From Octopus bimaculoides (lineage: Eukaryota), in contig NC_068987.1 in the NCBI RefSeq assembly GCF_001194135.2, positions 59,839,136-59,903,135 of the forward strand: a stretch of DNA of 64,000 nucleotides, in the 5' to 3' direction. Under the pieces are notes generated by a model. That model saw only the letters and a list, made by a program, of their open reading frames with translations. It had not been told where the DNA came from and did no database searches. Positions 50,517-63,540 of the stretch are shown here, piece by piece. The position numbers and the translations under genes were made by a program. The first letter of the stretch is position 1; every line of letters starts with the position of its first letter.

Positions 50517-53239
50517 ACATACATACTCACTCACACATAAATACATATACATATAAAACAATGTAATTTTATTCAACAGGGGTAAGAAATACAGAAAAAA
50601 GAAGTTGAAAATGCACTGGGAATCTTTTAAATGATTTATTTTTTCACAGATTTTTCTGATTTTCAAAATTAAAGTGAGATAGATAGACATGGGCTTTACT
50701 GAACTGGAGTTAGAAAATTCTCTTGTTTCTAAAGAGAGAACATGACCCAAATTAATATCTGTTTAGGATACAAGTTGATTGGCAGAAGGTTAGGCTTCGA
50801 AATTTTTATAAGTTCTCCACTATGTCTGTGCGTTGATTTCATGAAGCAATATATTTTCGCCGTAAGTTAAGGCTGACACACTTGAATGAATACACTTAGT
50901 GACAGTCCCCCCACTCCACCATCGAAAAAAGAAAATAATGCTCTCTAAATTTAAACTGTGATAGGTGAATTCATTATTAAGCTAAGAAATTTTTGTATGT
51001 TACCCGCTACATCCGTGCATTAATGTCATGTAACAATATTTTCGGGCCAAAACTTAAGGCTGATATGGTTGAGTGAATGTGTCTAGTGATGGTCCCAAAC
51101 AATCCAGAACTTCTAAATTGAATATGTCTAGTGGTAGAGTGGACAGCGGTTGTTTGTGAGTAGGCCACTGGGTAAATATTTATGATTTGTATGCATGTAG
51201 ACATAACATTTTGTTCTTCATTAAATTCGTGCGTTAGTGTCATACAAAAAGCTATGGTTTTCTTCAAAGTTTAGGTTTTCAGCTGTGTAAATTCAACATA
51301 GCAAGTGGCAGAATGAATTTCTACGCGAGTAGTGTTTATACGCACACACACATACACACACACACACGTGCACCATAATCAAACCCTAGCATCAATGAAT
51401 TTGATCATAGTTAACTTCAGTGGCTTCTGTTGTAGTTGTCAGCACAAAAGATATGCCAGCATTTTTTGTAACGTTTGACATCAGCCTTACTGAGGTTGTT
51501 TCCGATGCAAGAGATAGCGCATATTTTCTTATGATTCCCGAAAGTCAATGTTAGCTCTGTCTTTCTGTTGATTATTTCTTTGATGAGATTTACTACGTAA
51601 AATTTCTCAGTCTAAACTGTGTTAATGATGCAATGTTGGTTAAACGCATCCTGATTTACTTGTGAGACATGTTCTCCGAGTGCAATGTACTGATTTCTTT
51701 GTGGTGGAGATCGGTAGAGTTTATATACTGGTCTAGTTGGCTTTTGAATGATCTTTTGTTAAATTTATGAAAGGCAGTGTCCTACGTTTTTCAGTAGCAA
51801 TGAAATTATGCACAATGCAGTTATACATGCACTACCTATTCAAATGACACGATTACATATTTGAACAATAGTAGCAATTTTTTCTTTTGTTAGTATTGCT
51901 TTGAAGAATTGTATGATCAGACAATGAAATTATTTTCTTATAATATTCATTACTGGCTTTAATATAGTCATTACTGGATAATTTCAGCATAAGTTTATAC
52001 TTATGCTGAAGTGTAGTTCATTAAGGAGAGGCTTTGTTTCATCATGCAAGATATAACGAGAACAGTGGTCGACTGAAACAGTTCGCATTTACATCACTGA
52101 CGCAGATTTTTTTTTTTTTTTGCAGTGTATACTACTGTGCTATATAAATTGGTTTTCTATGAATGCTTCGTTGAAGTTTTCCTTAGTACTCTAATGAAAA
52201 TTGTGATACATTAACTGTGATGTCTGTACATTTGTTGTTTCTTTTGCCCATGATGTGCATTTTATTATATATTTTACCATAATCAACGTTAATTTATTCA
52301 TATACTTCAAAGACACAATAGAAAATGAAAACAAAAAAAGGCATCGGAAGAGCGATGCATACCCTGAGCGCACACAAGGATAAAATAAAATTTAATTTAA
52401 TAAATATATTCTCAGACAAATTCACATTTCAACCAAATGACATAAAATGTTATTTCCCTTGCTTATCATTTAAGCATATGTAACAAAGAAGAAAACATTT
52501 TGATTTACCCGTCGGCCAGTTTTGAAGATAATCAAACCAAAATTTAATGAGTCACCCATCCAATAGGTATTTCTGCCAAATTTGGTGAAAATCCGTTGGG
52601 CCGTTTCCCAGTAATTTTGCAAAAACACAGACAAACAAAGACGACGACTACAATACCCTGCTTTTGCTTACGCGCGCAGATTAATAATTATTATAATTAA
52701 TAATTATAATCGGTAGTTTATTATTTCAGTGATTTGAAATACCAAGTCACCTTGCTTGCATATATTTTCCTTCAGCCGTTTTGTCTCTACCATTTGCTTC
52801 GTAATTTTTCTGAAATTCGTCAGTCTGATTGATAACCTATTACTACGGGTTTGCTATGTCGTTATTTCAACGCTACTCTATTTTCATCCGCACTTTTCAA
52901 ATTTACATACATCAAACAGGCTTCTTATTCCCTCTCCGAAGAAGTACCATTCTTGAAACGTTAGAATTCTGCTGATCTCACAACCCATATCCTACTTTGC
53001 AAACCATATTTTATACACTACCTCCATTTTCCTACGACTTTATTATTGCTTTATTATTATTATCATTATTATACTTGGGCTGTTAAAATTCTAAAACTAG
53101 AAGAAATTAAATTTAGTTTCATTTCAAATGCTAGCATCTTTATATTTGACAACATTAATGAGAAATAATATTCCTAGAGGAGAAATTCAATTTAATTTTC
53201 TTTGTATTTATTAATAACACTTCTGAATGCGTCAGTAGA

Positions 53240-53282
<43 letters not shown>

Positions 53283-53619
53283 ATTTATAATCACACTTGA
53301 AATTAAATCTTAATATTAATTTTATAGGAATATCAAGAAGCTAGGCAATAAACATTTTCTTGTTTAACAATGATTTAGATGATTTACACTATAATATGAT
53401 CCAAATAATAATCAAATTAGTCTCCAACTTTACATATATATAGCAAATTCAACTGGAGCAAATGCAAATAAATACTATTATTCGATGGAAACTTNNNNNN
53501 NNNNNNNNNNNNNNNNNNNNNNNNNNNNNNNNNNNNNNNNNNNNNNNNNNNNNNNNNNNNNNNNNNNNNNNNNNNNNNNNNNNNNNNNNNNNNNNNNNNN
53601 NNNNNNNNNNNNNNNNNNN

Positions 53620-53672
<53 letters not shown>

Positions 53673-53677
53673 GATAT

Positions 53678-53718
<41 letters not shown>

Positions 53719-54569
53719 CAGATAGAGATAGATATAGATATAGATATATAGATATATCGTTAATTACATTTTATGTATATATAATACTTGTAATAAATAA
53801 TATATTTATTCAATAAAGTATGTAATAAAATGCATGTGTGTGTTTGTCAAGTAATGCAGAAAGTGTTGAAAAATATCCTTTTGCTGAAAGTGTCTACACG
53901 GAGTTGCCAAAATGTTCCTCTAATGGTATTTAGGATCGAGTTTTCGCATTTTCCCAAAATTTCGAATTTGTCTTACTAAATTATCTCCCTTTCTTATTTG
54001 TGTGTGTGTGTGTGTGTGTGTGCGCGCACGCCTCCTACCACCTGCATAGATAACCTCAGTTAAGCGGTTTTTCATTCATTATAACGTGTTTGGTGTGTAG
54101 AACGTTAAGAGGAAGTATTTTTTGTCTCATATATATATAGCATATACTTAGTGTAAATGTGTAATGTTTTAATTGAGGTTGAAATTAATAATTATTATTA
54201 ATGATGACATTTCGCTCTTCGAGACCAAACACTTAAGTGACAGACCATTATTTTATTCATACGTGTAATTAATGGCTTCTAATTTATTTTGTAATTCTAA
54301 TAACTTATGATTCTTTATTCTTGCATTGAAAAGAAAAGCCCATTACAACGTCTCTGCATTTGAACAGCTGATTTTGCCGTGATTTCAACACAGTCTGTTG
54401 AAAGACCGAAGAACTGCAAAACATTTGTTACACCAGTTTACCACATCTTTTAAACATGTGCCATACAATATTTAAGTGGAAATCACGGATAGAACTGCCT
54501 AGATTATATATAAATTTCATTTCTAATAAAGGTGCAAGGTCACAAACGTGTGCGGCGTTTAATGCGTTA

Positions 54570-54690
54570 AATAGGTGCTAGTGTTCGACTGGTATTTTCT
54601 TTTATCGACTTCGGAAGGAAGAAATATAAATTAACCTCAGCGGGATTTGAGCTCAGGGCATAAAGAATCGGCACAAATACCAACAAGCAA
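54570..54690 (-). mobile_element. SINE family A fragment
   Basis: ttttatcgacttcggaagg...cctcagcgggatttgagctcag. Confidence 0.55.
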
Positions 54691-56359
54691 TCCGGAGCAA
54701 TAATAAGTGAAAGCCATGAAAATAACTGTCCGGATAATGACTAAATACCAATTACAATTATTTACCATTTTCAATTTTCTCTTCGATAGAATGGATCATC
54801 TCATATCGTAACCTTTTAATCGAGAAAGAATATTTTTGTCTTCTGTTCAATGTCACCTCAATGAATTAGAAATGTCCTACTTTGAGGATGTCTCCAGTAT
54901 GTCTAAGTAGATATTTTTGCTTCAAAGATAAGCAAAAAGTTATTTTCGCCCAAATTTTCTTAAGGTCAAGAGAAATGGTAATTCTGTATGATATTTTGTG
55001 GAAATGTTACAGGTTTCCTTTATATTTCAGGATTTACAAAACAGACAAGATACATTCGCTTGCAAAACATAATTCATTCAAACTTAACCGCATATTTCAA
55101 CATTAAATTTACAGAAAAAAATCCATTTTAAATACAAAGTCACCCTAACAATATACCTCTTTGACAAAAATAATAGAGCATCAGACCACGGCTAATTATT
55201 TCTCCACGTAGCAGTACGAATTAGCCAGTTGCTTGACCGTTCAGTAATTAGAATATCGATTAACACTATTGCTTTGAGATAGTGTGGTAATTTGATTATA
55301 TCGATCAAAGTTCAAGGTGAAAATTGAAGACGACCTTGGCTGAAAATAATGCATAGAGTTATGATAAAATACAGTAAGCCATTTTTGCATCATATTTCAG
55401 GCGGGTAAAATCTATAGCTTTAATAACCGTCAAATTAGCTTATATACAGAATATATTAAATCGTTCCAAGCTATATACTGAGGTCGATATAAGACATCTT
55501 ACAAATCCGAATTTCACAGAGGTCAACAAAAATAAATTAAAATTATATTTGATTAAATATGTGTAGAAACACAAAAATGCAAAGATTCTGTATAGAAAGC
55601 ATTTTCTTATTCTTTAACTGATTTCATCATTGGCCTGCGGACGTACAGAAAAACCACTTTCAAATCTTTTAGGTGATTTTAAAGGCATCAGCATCTGTTA
55701 ATCTTATTTATCACATCCTTAATTCCAACTAATGCACGTTCCTTCCAGTACTAACTACCACAGGCTATATTTATTCGATACAATGATACATGCAACCACC
55801 TAGAAAATACTCACATACACAAACATATGTATATATGTGTATGTATGTTTGGTCTACAAGATTACAAAGAGCTAGTTATTTAAAGCTAACTGCATATATG
55901 TATATATGTATGTATGTATTTATGAATGTATGTATGTTTGTTTGTTTGCTTGTTTGTATGTATGTATTTATGTATGTATGTCTTTATATAAGTTTGTATG
56001 TAAGTCCAACATCACCACACAGACCTCCATCTCCATATAACTACCATTCCTTCCTCTCTTTCCATCACCTTCCCCTTCCTCCTCACCAAATACACACAGA
56101 AATAGCCACATAACTCAACCAAACTTCTCACTGGTCAAAAGGGATAAACAACCCTTTGTTAAACATCTATTAGTGTTATATCACCTGAAGAAATGAATCT
56201 ATGAAGATGATCTACCCGATGCCCACATATACTGAAGATTACACTGAAAATCATCCCAAGAATACGGACTGTGATCTTAAGAGACATGTGATTTGTGGAA
56301 ACGCGTGTAGCGATGCAGAAACTGTTTATAAATTCCACCCAAAGATTATTGTTATTATT

Positions 56360-56391
<32 letters not shown>

Positions 56392-56559
56392 NNNNNNNNN
56401 NNNNNNNNNNNNNNNNNNNNNNNNNNNNNNNNNNNNNNNNNNNNNNNNNNNNNNNNNNNNNNNNNNNNNNNNNNNNNNNNNNNNNNNNNNNNNNNNNNNN
56501 NNNNNNNNNNNNNNNNNNNNNNNTATATATATATATATATATCCGTTTATATATTCGTT

Positions 56560-57782
56560 TTGCAAGATTCTTAATGTGAATTCGTGTGTTGAAACAGATA
56601 TTGTTGTATTTCGGGACGGTCATGTTGCCAGTTTAATCAATAAAAACACGTACACTTTATATTTGGTGTTCACTTGCTTCAGCTTTATTTTGTATTAATT
56701 GTATTTCAGCCAGAGATTTTTCGTCACACTTCTGTGACCGCATCAGTGGTCCTTTGCTTTCTTCTATCTTTTTTGTGTCTCTCCTTACTAACGATCTGCC
56801 ATTTTGTATTCCTGTTGTATGTGTCTTTATTTGCGCAGGCGTATATCCCTGTGTGTGTTTATGTTTAGTAAGTGTGTGTGGGAATGTGGATGGTAACTGC
56901 ATTATCAGTATCCTCTGTTTATTCACGGTCGTTTAATTTACTTTTATTTATTTTATTCCTTTGCTTTTATCTACTTACTTTTTCATTTCTTTCTTTTTTT
57001 GCATTAATTTAATTCAATTTAATTTAATTCAATTTAATTTAATTTAATTTATTTATATATATAATTATTTAATTCCATTTATTTATCTGTGTATTGTATT
57101 AGTTTCATATTATTATCAATCTATGGGTATTTTATTCTGCCATAGGTTGTGGTTTGCGTGTGGGATGCGCTGGTGTTCCATTCTAGTTTTCTATTTAGGC
57201 TAGGTTTATCTTTTATTACGTGTGTAGCTTCAGTAATTTACCTAAGCGTTGCGTCTGTTCTATGTGTGGTCAAGATTTTAACTTCTATGTTGTTGAGTGA
57301 GCTCCCGTGTTCCCGCTCGGAGTGCTGGTATAGAACCGATGAACTCTTCTCTTCCTTAAGTTTGCTCCAATGCTCATTTACCCGCTCTCCTATGCTCCGT
57401 GATATCTCCACTACGTACATCATTTTCTTGTTTCTGCACTGCCCCTCTGTACATCTTATATTATAGACTACATTCCTAGCTTTACAGTTTGTTTGTGGAC
57501 TAAATCTACATACAATGCAGTTCCTATCAGTACAGGGGGCTCTACTAAAAGGGTAGGTTCTACCGATTAGGGATTTGATAGGGTTACCTAGCCTTTTTAC
57601 AACCTTAATTCTTAGCTTAAGCCTGTCTAGAGCCCTTCTAAAGCGGTACGCTAGTTCGCCTCTAAGGGTGGTGTCGACGAACATGACACTCTGGTATTTG
57701 TGGCTATCGTACCATGAGTTAGCTTTCCCTATTTTCTTCTTAGTCCTTTCAATGGTATTCCTTGACTTGCTCCTGTATTGTT
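56560..57782 (-). mobile_element. Penelope-like element 3' part: GIY-YIG endonuclease relic plus pseudo-LTR
   Basis: CTDRNCIVC...CKARNVVYNIRCTEGQC...YVVEISRSIGERVNEH...LYQHSEREH...R*ITEATHVIKDKPSLNRKLEW (about 57140-57782); hammerhead motif downstream. Confidence 0.88.
56710..56749 (-). ncRNA. Minimal type I hammerhead ribozyme motif (A9C variant)
   Basis: Minus strand CCA-CTGATGC-G-GTCACA-GAAG-TGTGAC-GAAA-AATC-TC-TGG. Confidence 0.6.
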
Positions 57783-58143
57783 TTCCTTGTTTCAGTCATG
57801 TGAATGCGGCCATGCTGGAGCACATCCATTAGTCGAAAAAACCGACTCGAGGACTTACTCTTTGTAAGCCTGGTACTTATTCTATCGGCCTCGTTTAGCG
57901 AATGGCTAGTTTACAAGGACGTAAGCACACCAGCATCGGTTGTCAAACGATGTGAGGGCAACAGGCACAGAACACACACACACACACACATACACACACA
58001 TATATATATACGTATGTATATATACGACGGGATTCTTTCAGTTTCCGTCTGCCAAACCCACTCGCAGGGCTTTAGTCGGCCCGAGGTGCCATGCAGTGGT
58101 ACTGAACCCGGAACCATGCGGTTGGGAAACAAGCTTTTTACCA
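57782..58143 (-). mobile_element. SINE family B, near full length, abutting the Penelope ORF
   Basis: Reverse complement of 30204-30610. Confidence 0.88.
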
Positions 58144-59407
58144 CTATTTGTTATAAATATTATGTGTATAATGTGTGTGTATGTGTGCGCGTGTGTGCGT
58201 GCGTATATATTTATGTATGTATATGCGTATATATATATATATATATATATATATACTGTATATATATATATATATTTATGTATATGTATGTGTATNNNNN
58301 NNNNNNNNNNNNNNNNNNNNNNNNNNNNNNNNNNNNNNNNNNNNNNNNNNNNNNNNNNNNNNNNNNNNNNNNNNNNNNNNNNNNNNNNNNNNNNNNNNNN
58401 NNNNNNNNNNNNNNNNNNNNNNNNNNNNNNNNNNNNNNNNNNNNNNNNNNNNNNNNNNNNNNNNNNNNNNNNNNNNNNNNNNNNNNNNNNNNNNNNNNNN
58501 NNNNNNNNNNNNNNNNNNNNNNNNNNNNNNNNNNNNNNNNNNNNNNNNNNNNNNNNNNNNNNNNNNNNNNNNNNNNNNNNNNNNNNNNNNNNNNNNNNNN
58601 NNNNNNNNNNNNNNNNNNNNNNNNNNNNNNNNNNNNNNNNNNNNNNNNNNNNNNNNNNNNNNNNNNNNNNNNNNNCCATATAATTATATATAAATGACTG
58701 ATGATTACCACTGTATATCACTCGATTATAGTTCATGAATTATACTTGTATGTGAGATCATATGCTGACATGTTTATTTTCATAGCGGAGAACATAAAAT
58801 TTAATACTTTGATTTAGAGAGCATAAAACCTGAATATTATAGAAATATAAACCAATTGAAATACACAACAAAAAAATGAATGATATGATATATTTCCTTC
58901 TTTTAAATGTATTTCAAAGCCTGGACTAAATTCGTCTAGATTGTTTCTAATAACTACAACTTTTGATATGAATACTCTTGTCCTCTTTCGTATACATATG
59001 TATACATTATGCAATTGTGTTACGCTAAAATGTGTGTATATTGATATATACATACATATATGTTTGTGTGTCTGTGTGAGTATGTGTGTGCGTGTGTGTA
59101 TGTGTATATATATTTACGTATGTATGCACATTTTAAAAGAAGGATGAGAAAATGTCTTTATAAAAACATAAAAAAGAGGAAAAGCCATTTTCCCGTGACA
59201 ACTAATAACTTTTCTGTCTCTCTCACTAACACACTCGTCTACTATTTCCTTACAACTTTCAGTTTCGCTATAACTATTTTTTCCTGTCTTTGGTTTGTCT
59301 CAGAGAGGCCTTGGATGCGGCAGTTTTCGTTCATACATTATTTTGGATTGTACCTGGATCTCGTTGCAAAATTTTGTAAAAATACGGTAAAACTTGTTTC
59401 AAGTCAA

Positions 59408-59458
59408 GCAAACATCGACGATTAATTGATATACATTTGGGGAATTTAGCTGTTGGTG
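59408..59458. repeat. Left arm of a perfect 51-bp inverted repeat (partner 60078-60128)
   Basis: Base-by-base reverse complement, 51/51. Confidence 0.97.
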
Positions 59459-59604
59459 ATTAAGCCCACGCCTCTTCCATCGCCTACACCACCAGAGTGG
59501 ATGCTCGATTGCTAGACATAGCAGCAATTCATTTCCGCCAGAGTGTTATTTATCAGTATATACTTTAGTAAAGCAAATAATTAATCAGTATATACTTTAA
59601 TAAA

Positions 59605-60057
59605 GGCGGCGATCTCGCAGAAACGTTAAAATGCTGGGCGAAATGCTTAGCGGTATTTCGTCTGTCTTTACGTTCTGAGTAAAGACAGAATTCCGCCGAG
59701 GTAGACTTTGCCTTTCATCCTTTCGGGGTCGATAAATTAAGTACCAGTTGCGTACTAGGGTCGATCTAATCGACTGGTCCCCACCCCAAAAATTTCGGGC
59801 CTTGTGCCTAGAGTAGAAAAGGAGTATATACTTTAATAAAGGCGGTGATCTCGCAGAAACATTAGCACGCCGGGCGAAATGATTAGCAGTATTTCGTCTG
59901 TCTTTATATTCTGAGTTCAAATTCCGCCGAGGTCGACTTTGCCTTTCATCTTTTCGGGGTCGATAAAATAAATACCAGTTGCGTTCTGAGGTCGATCTAA
60001 TCGGACTGGCCCCATGGCCCCAAAATGTCGGGCCTTGTACCTAGGCTAGAAAAGAAC
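59605..60057 (+). mobile_element. Two full-length SINE family A copies in tandem (59605-59822, 59841-60057)
   Basis: Complete head-core-tail twice, punctuated by atatactttaata. Confidence 0.92.
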
Positions 60058-60077
60058 ATATACTTTAATAGTTACCA

Positions 60078-60128
60078 CACCAACAGCTAAATTCCCCAAA
60101 TGTATATCAATTAATCGTCGATGTTTGC
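60078..60128. repeat. Right arm of the perfect 51-bp inverted repeat
   Basis: See 59408-59458. Confidence 0.97.
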
Positions 60129-61053
60129 GCACACTACAGAAGGAAAATACCAGTAGCGCCGCAAGAGTGCTCCCTCAAATGCAGTCGCTGTATGCGTGAC
60201 TGCCACTCTCTGTGGGCCTGTACAACCACAACAGATGCTGCACTACCATCAGCAGCTGACACGATTTCTTCGGGCGCAGATTTATGACCTTTCGAGACCG
60301 ACGGATGCTTACTACTACTACTACCATACAGGTAAAAGACAGTTGACAATTCGATAGAAACTTCTTCTGACTTAGTCTGTGAGCCAATCAATAGTGATTA
60401 GAGGGCGTGTATGTACTGTTTCACCATATGGCATTGAGTTCGTTAAGAAGAACCTGTCCACCAGATTCATATCTCATGTAAGACATTATCGACAGCCTTA
60501 GGCAATCTACAACTAGATGGAAGCATCATGTCAATAGTATTTGGTAGTGATTTATATGTTTCCGATTTTTCAGACATTTCGAACTGGCTGTGGTAGAAAT
60601 TCTATGCAAGATGCATCCATTATGTTTATAACACGCATTGACGAGAGTTAAACTGTCTTCCAAAATGACTTAGAGATATTATCTTAACTGATTAAAATTA
60701 TTGTCATTGATCACTTTAGTTATTTGTTTTGCTCATGAATTTTTCGATTATGTAAATTGTACTGTTTAAAACATTTCTTAATATTATCCCTTATATAAAA
60801 GCTCTTGTCATTTGATTAGGCTGGATAGGAAGCTTACACGCTACTGATTAAATTTTAAAAAATAGACATTACCTTGCAAATGTCAATGAATTATGTTCAT
60901 TTCATCTTTAGTTTCTTGAAACTATTTCTCCTTTCCGTTGAGAGTTTTCAACAATCATCGATTACTTTTTTCTTCCATCAAAAGGATCATTGAAATTTAT
61001 AAAGGATTATTTGCGGACATAGTTCTATAAAACCACCTATTAACTTATTTACA

Positions 61054-61448
61054 CATGGCTGTGTGGTAGGAAGCTTGCTTCCCAACTACATGGTTCTAGG
61101 TTCAGTCCCAGTGTCTGAAACATTGGGCCAGTGTCTTCTACTAAAGCCTCAGGCCGACCAAAGTCTTGTGAGTAGATTTGGCAGACGAAAATTGAAAGAA
61201 ACCCGATGTGCGTGTGACTTTGTGCCTGTGTTTGTCCTCCACCACCACCACCACCGCTTGACAAACAGTGTTTATGTCCTTGTAACATTAGCGGTTCGGC
61301 AAAAATGACTTATAGAGTAAGTACCACTTCTACAAAAAAAGAAAAAGAAGTACTGGGGTCGATTCATTCGACTAAAAATTCAAAATGGCGTCCAAGTATG
61401 GCCGCAATCCAGTGTCTGAAGCAGGGAAAGGATAAACGATAAAAGATA
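61054..61448 (+). mobile_element. SINE family B, diverged full-length copy
   Basis: Colinear with 30204-30610. Confidence 0.85.
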
Positions 61449-61567
61449 AATAATTAGCATACGTGACTTATTTCGCTCAGCTCATTTCGTTATACGTATA
61501 TATATATGCATATAAACATATACACATACATTTATACATACAAATATGCATATATATGTGTATGGGG

Positions 61568-61616
<49 letters not shown>

Positions 61617-62439
61617 TGTGTGCATTTGTATATGTATATATGTGGGTTGACTGCTTTATATGAAAGTTAAATATGTCGGCCTTTGACGTAGTTGGCCTTT
61701 GAAGTAGTTCTACGTCGGTAACTCAATACGACTTTTCTCCACGCATTACAACACCAGGTCTCATTGTTAACAGCATAATAGGATTAGCTCTCAGCTTAGT
61801 TACTGTACAAAGCAATAGAACTAGGGACATGAAGACAATATTATTTTTGATGCTGTAGAACTCAGTTAAGCAACAAGAAGGTTCCATAGAAGCAAATGTA
61901 GAATTAGAAATATGTTTCACCCTATAGGTTGTGTCGTTTTAAATAATCATGAGTAAGTTATGAACAGCAAAACACCACATATCTTTGGTTATATGTCAGG
62001 TAGGCTGACAAGTAACTGAGGCAATAACTCGCAGGAGTAAATGCCTTACTATAATTCATATTTTGATTAGCTCGCATCTGTTCTAATTACAAAATATTAA
62101 CTGGTTCTACGAGGTGATACATTCATTCGATTCGCTGTAGATAAAATGTAAACCAATGACACACTTATTTCAATCCAATCGACTATGATCATATAGATAG
62201 ATAGATAGATAGATACATACATACATACATACATACATACATACATACATACATGTGTGTGTATGTTACATTGTGCTTCGTTTAAAGGCAGATAGTATAT
62301 CTATATACCTCTGTGTGTGCACGTATGTATATATGCATGTATACACACATTGATAGATACATGTACTTTTCTAAATACAACCATGCATATATATATATAN
62401 NNNNNNNNNNNNNNNNNNNNNNNNNNNNNNNNNNNNNNN

Positions 62440-62481
<42 letters not shown>

Positions 62482-63404
62482 ATGTGTATACATATATAGA
62501 TATATATATTGATATATATTTAAATACATATACACTCATATATAAACACACACTTATGTATGTATGTATTTCTATAAACTTGTTGCATACAAGAAAGAAA
62601 TAACAGAAAACTGAAAGAAATCACATAAGACAAGGCTGTTGATGTTTTGTAGGCTTCACTGCCATAGCTAATTATCGAAACATATGGCAAAATATCCGAT
62701 TAATACATTAGAAATAATGTTGACTCAGTGAAACTAAACATTAGCTAAGGGAATCACTGATAACTAACGATCAATGCTCGTTGTTTATCGATCTTCTGAG
62801 ACAACAAACGCTGCAATTGTCTTTTCAAATAATCGATTGATAGAAATGGATAGTTGTAGATGAAATAGCATAATCAAACTTTCTAAGACAAACATATTCA
62901 TCTCTAATCGCTTGACATATTTGATATCTATAAAGCATTTAACATTTTATGGCCATTCTATCGGTTGACCCACACAAAATCAATACTGTTCAATAGATGT
63001 GTAGCCATTTAGGTCATTGATACGCTTATTACAGGTACACATACTCATTCTCTCTCAGTCACTGTGTGTCTCTCTCTCCTACACATACACATGTAATTAG
63101 ACGTTGATGAATCAACTTAATCTAGTTTTAATTGATCTAAGCGGGTAATTTAGCCTATGAGAGTACATGCGAACTCCACAGTTACATGATGCTGCAACTT
63201 TGCGTCTATTACAATTAAACATAAAGTAAATCTAAATAAACCACATTAAAGAAATCATGGAATAGTTGATACAAGTTACCTCGCACGATATTTAGATATA
63301 TCGATGAACAGCACCCTCGTCAGCCACTGTTGAACTAAAATAATATACCACTGTATCCTGACAATACATACATACATGCATATATATATATATATATATA
63401 TCGT

Positions 63405-63540
63405 GAGGAATATTTGCCACCTAAATCTGGCTAACACTTAAGGGTTGATGCTACTGTAGCTTTTAGCCCCTGGAAGACATCTCCAGCTGGCTATTGACAC
63501 ACTATCTGTGCCCTATCAGTATTTGCAAATGGAAGTCATC
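63405..63540 (+). mobile_element. Possible RTE-LINE 5' UTR fragment
   Basis: gaatatttgccacctaaatctggctaac...gaagacatctccagctggcta resembles an octopus RTE 5' region recalled from memory only. Confidence 0.3.

Noticed and set aside
52768-52830. Minus-strand 59-nt exon candidate (KNYEANGRDKTAEGKYMQA)
   Set aside because: Lies in a probable old repeat; two frames open and no supporting exons.
56160-56345. Protein-like frame PTYTEDYTENHPKNTDCDLKRHVICGNAC
   Set aside because: Open on both strands, flanked by microsatellite, and resembles an interspersed repeat; the coding strand cannot be determined.
61677-61710. 16-bp direct repeat ggcctttga(c/a)gtagtt x2 and ORF 61723-61920
   Set aside because: Only two units, so not CRISPR-like; the ORF has no recognisable features.
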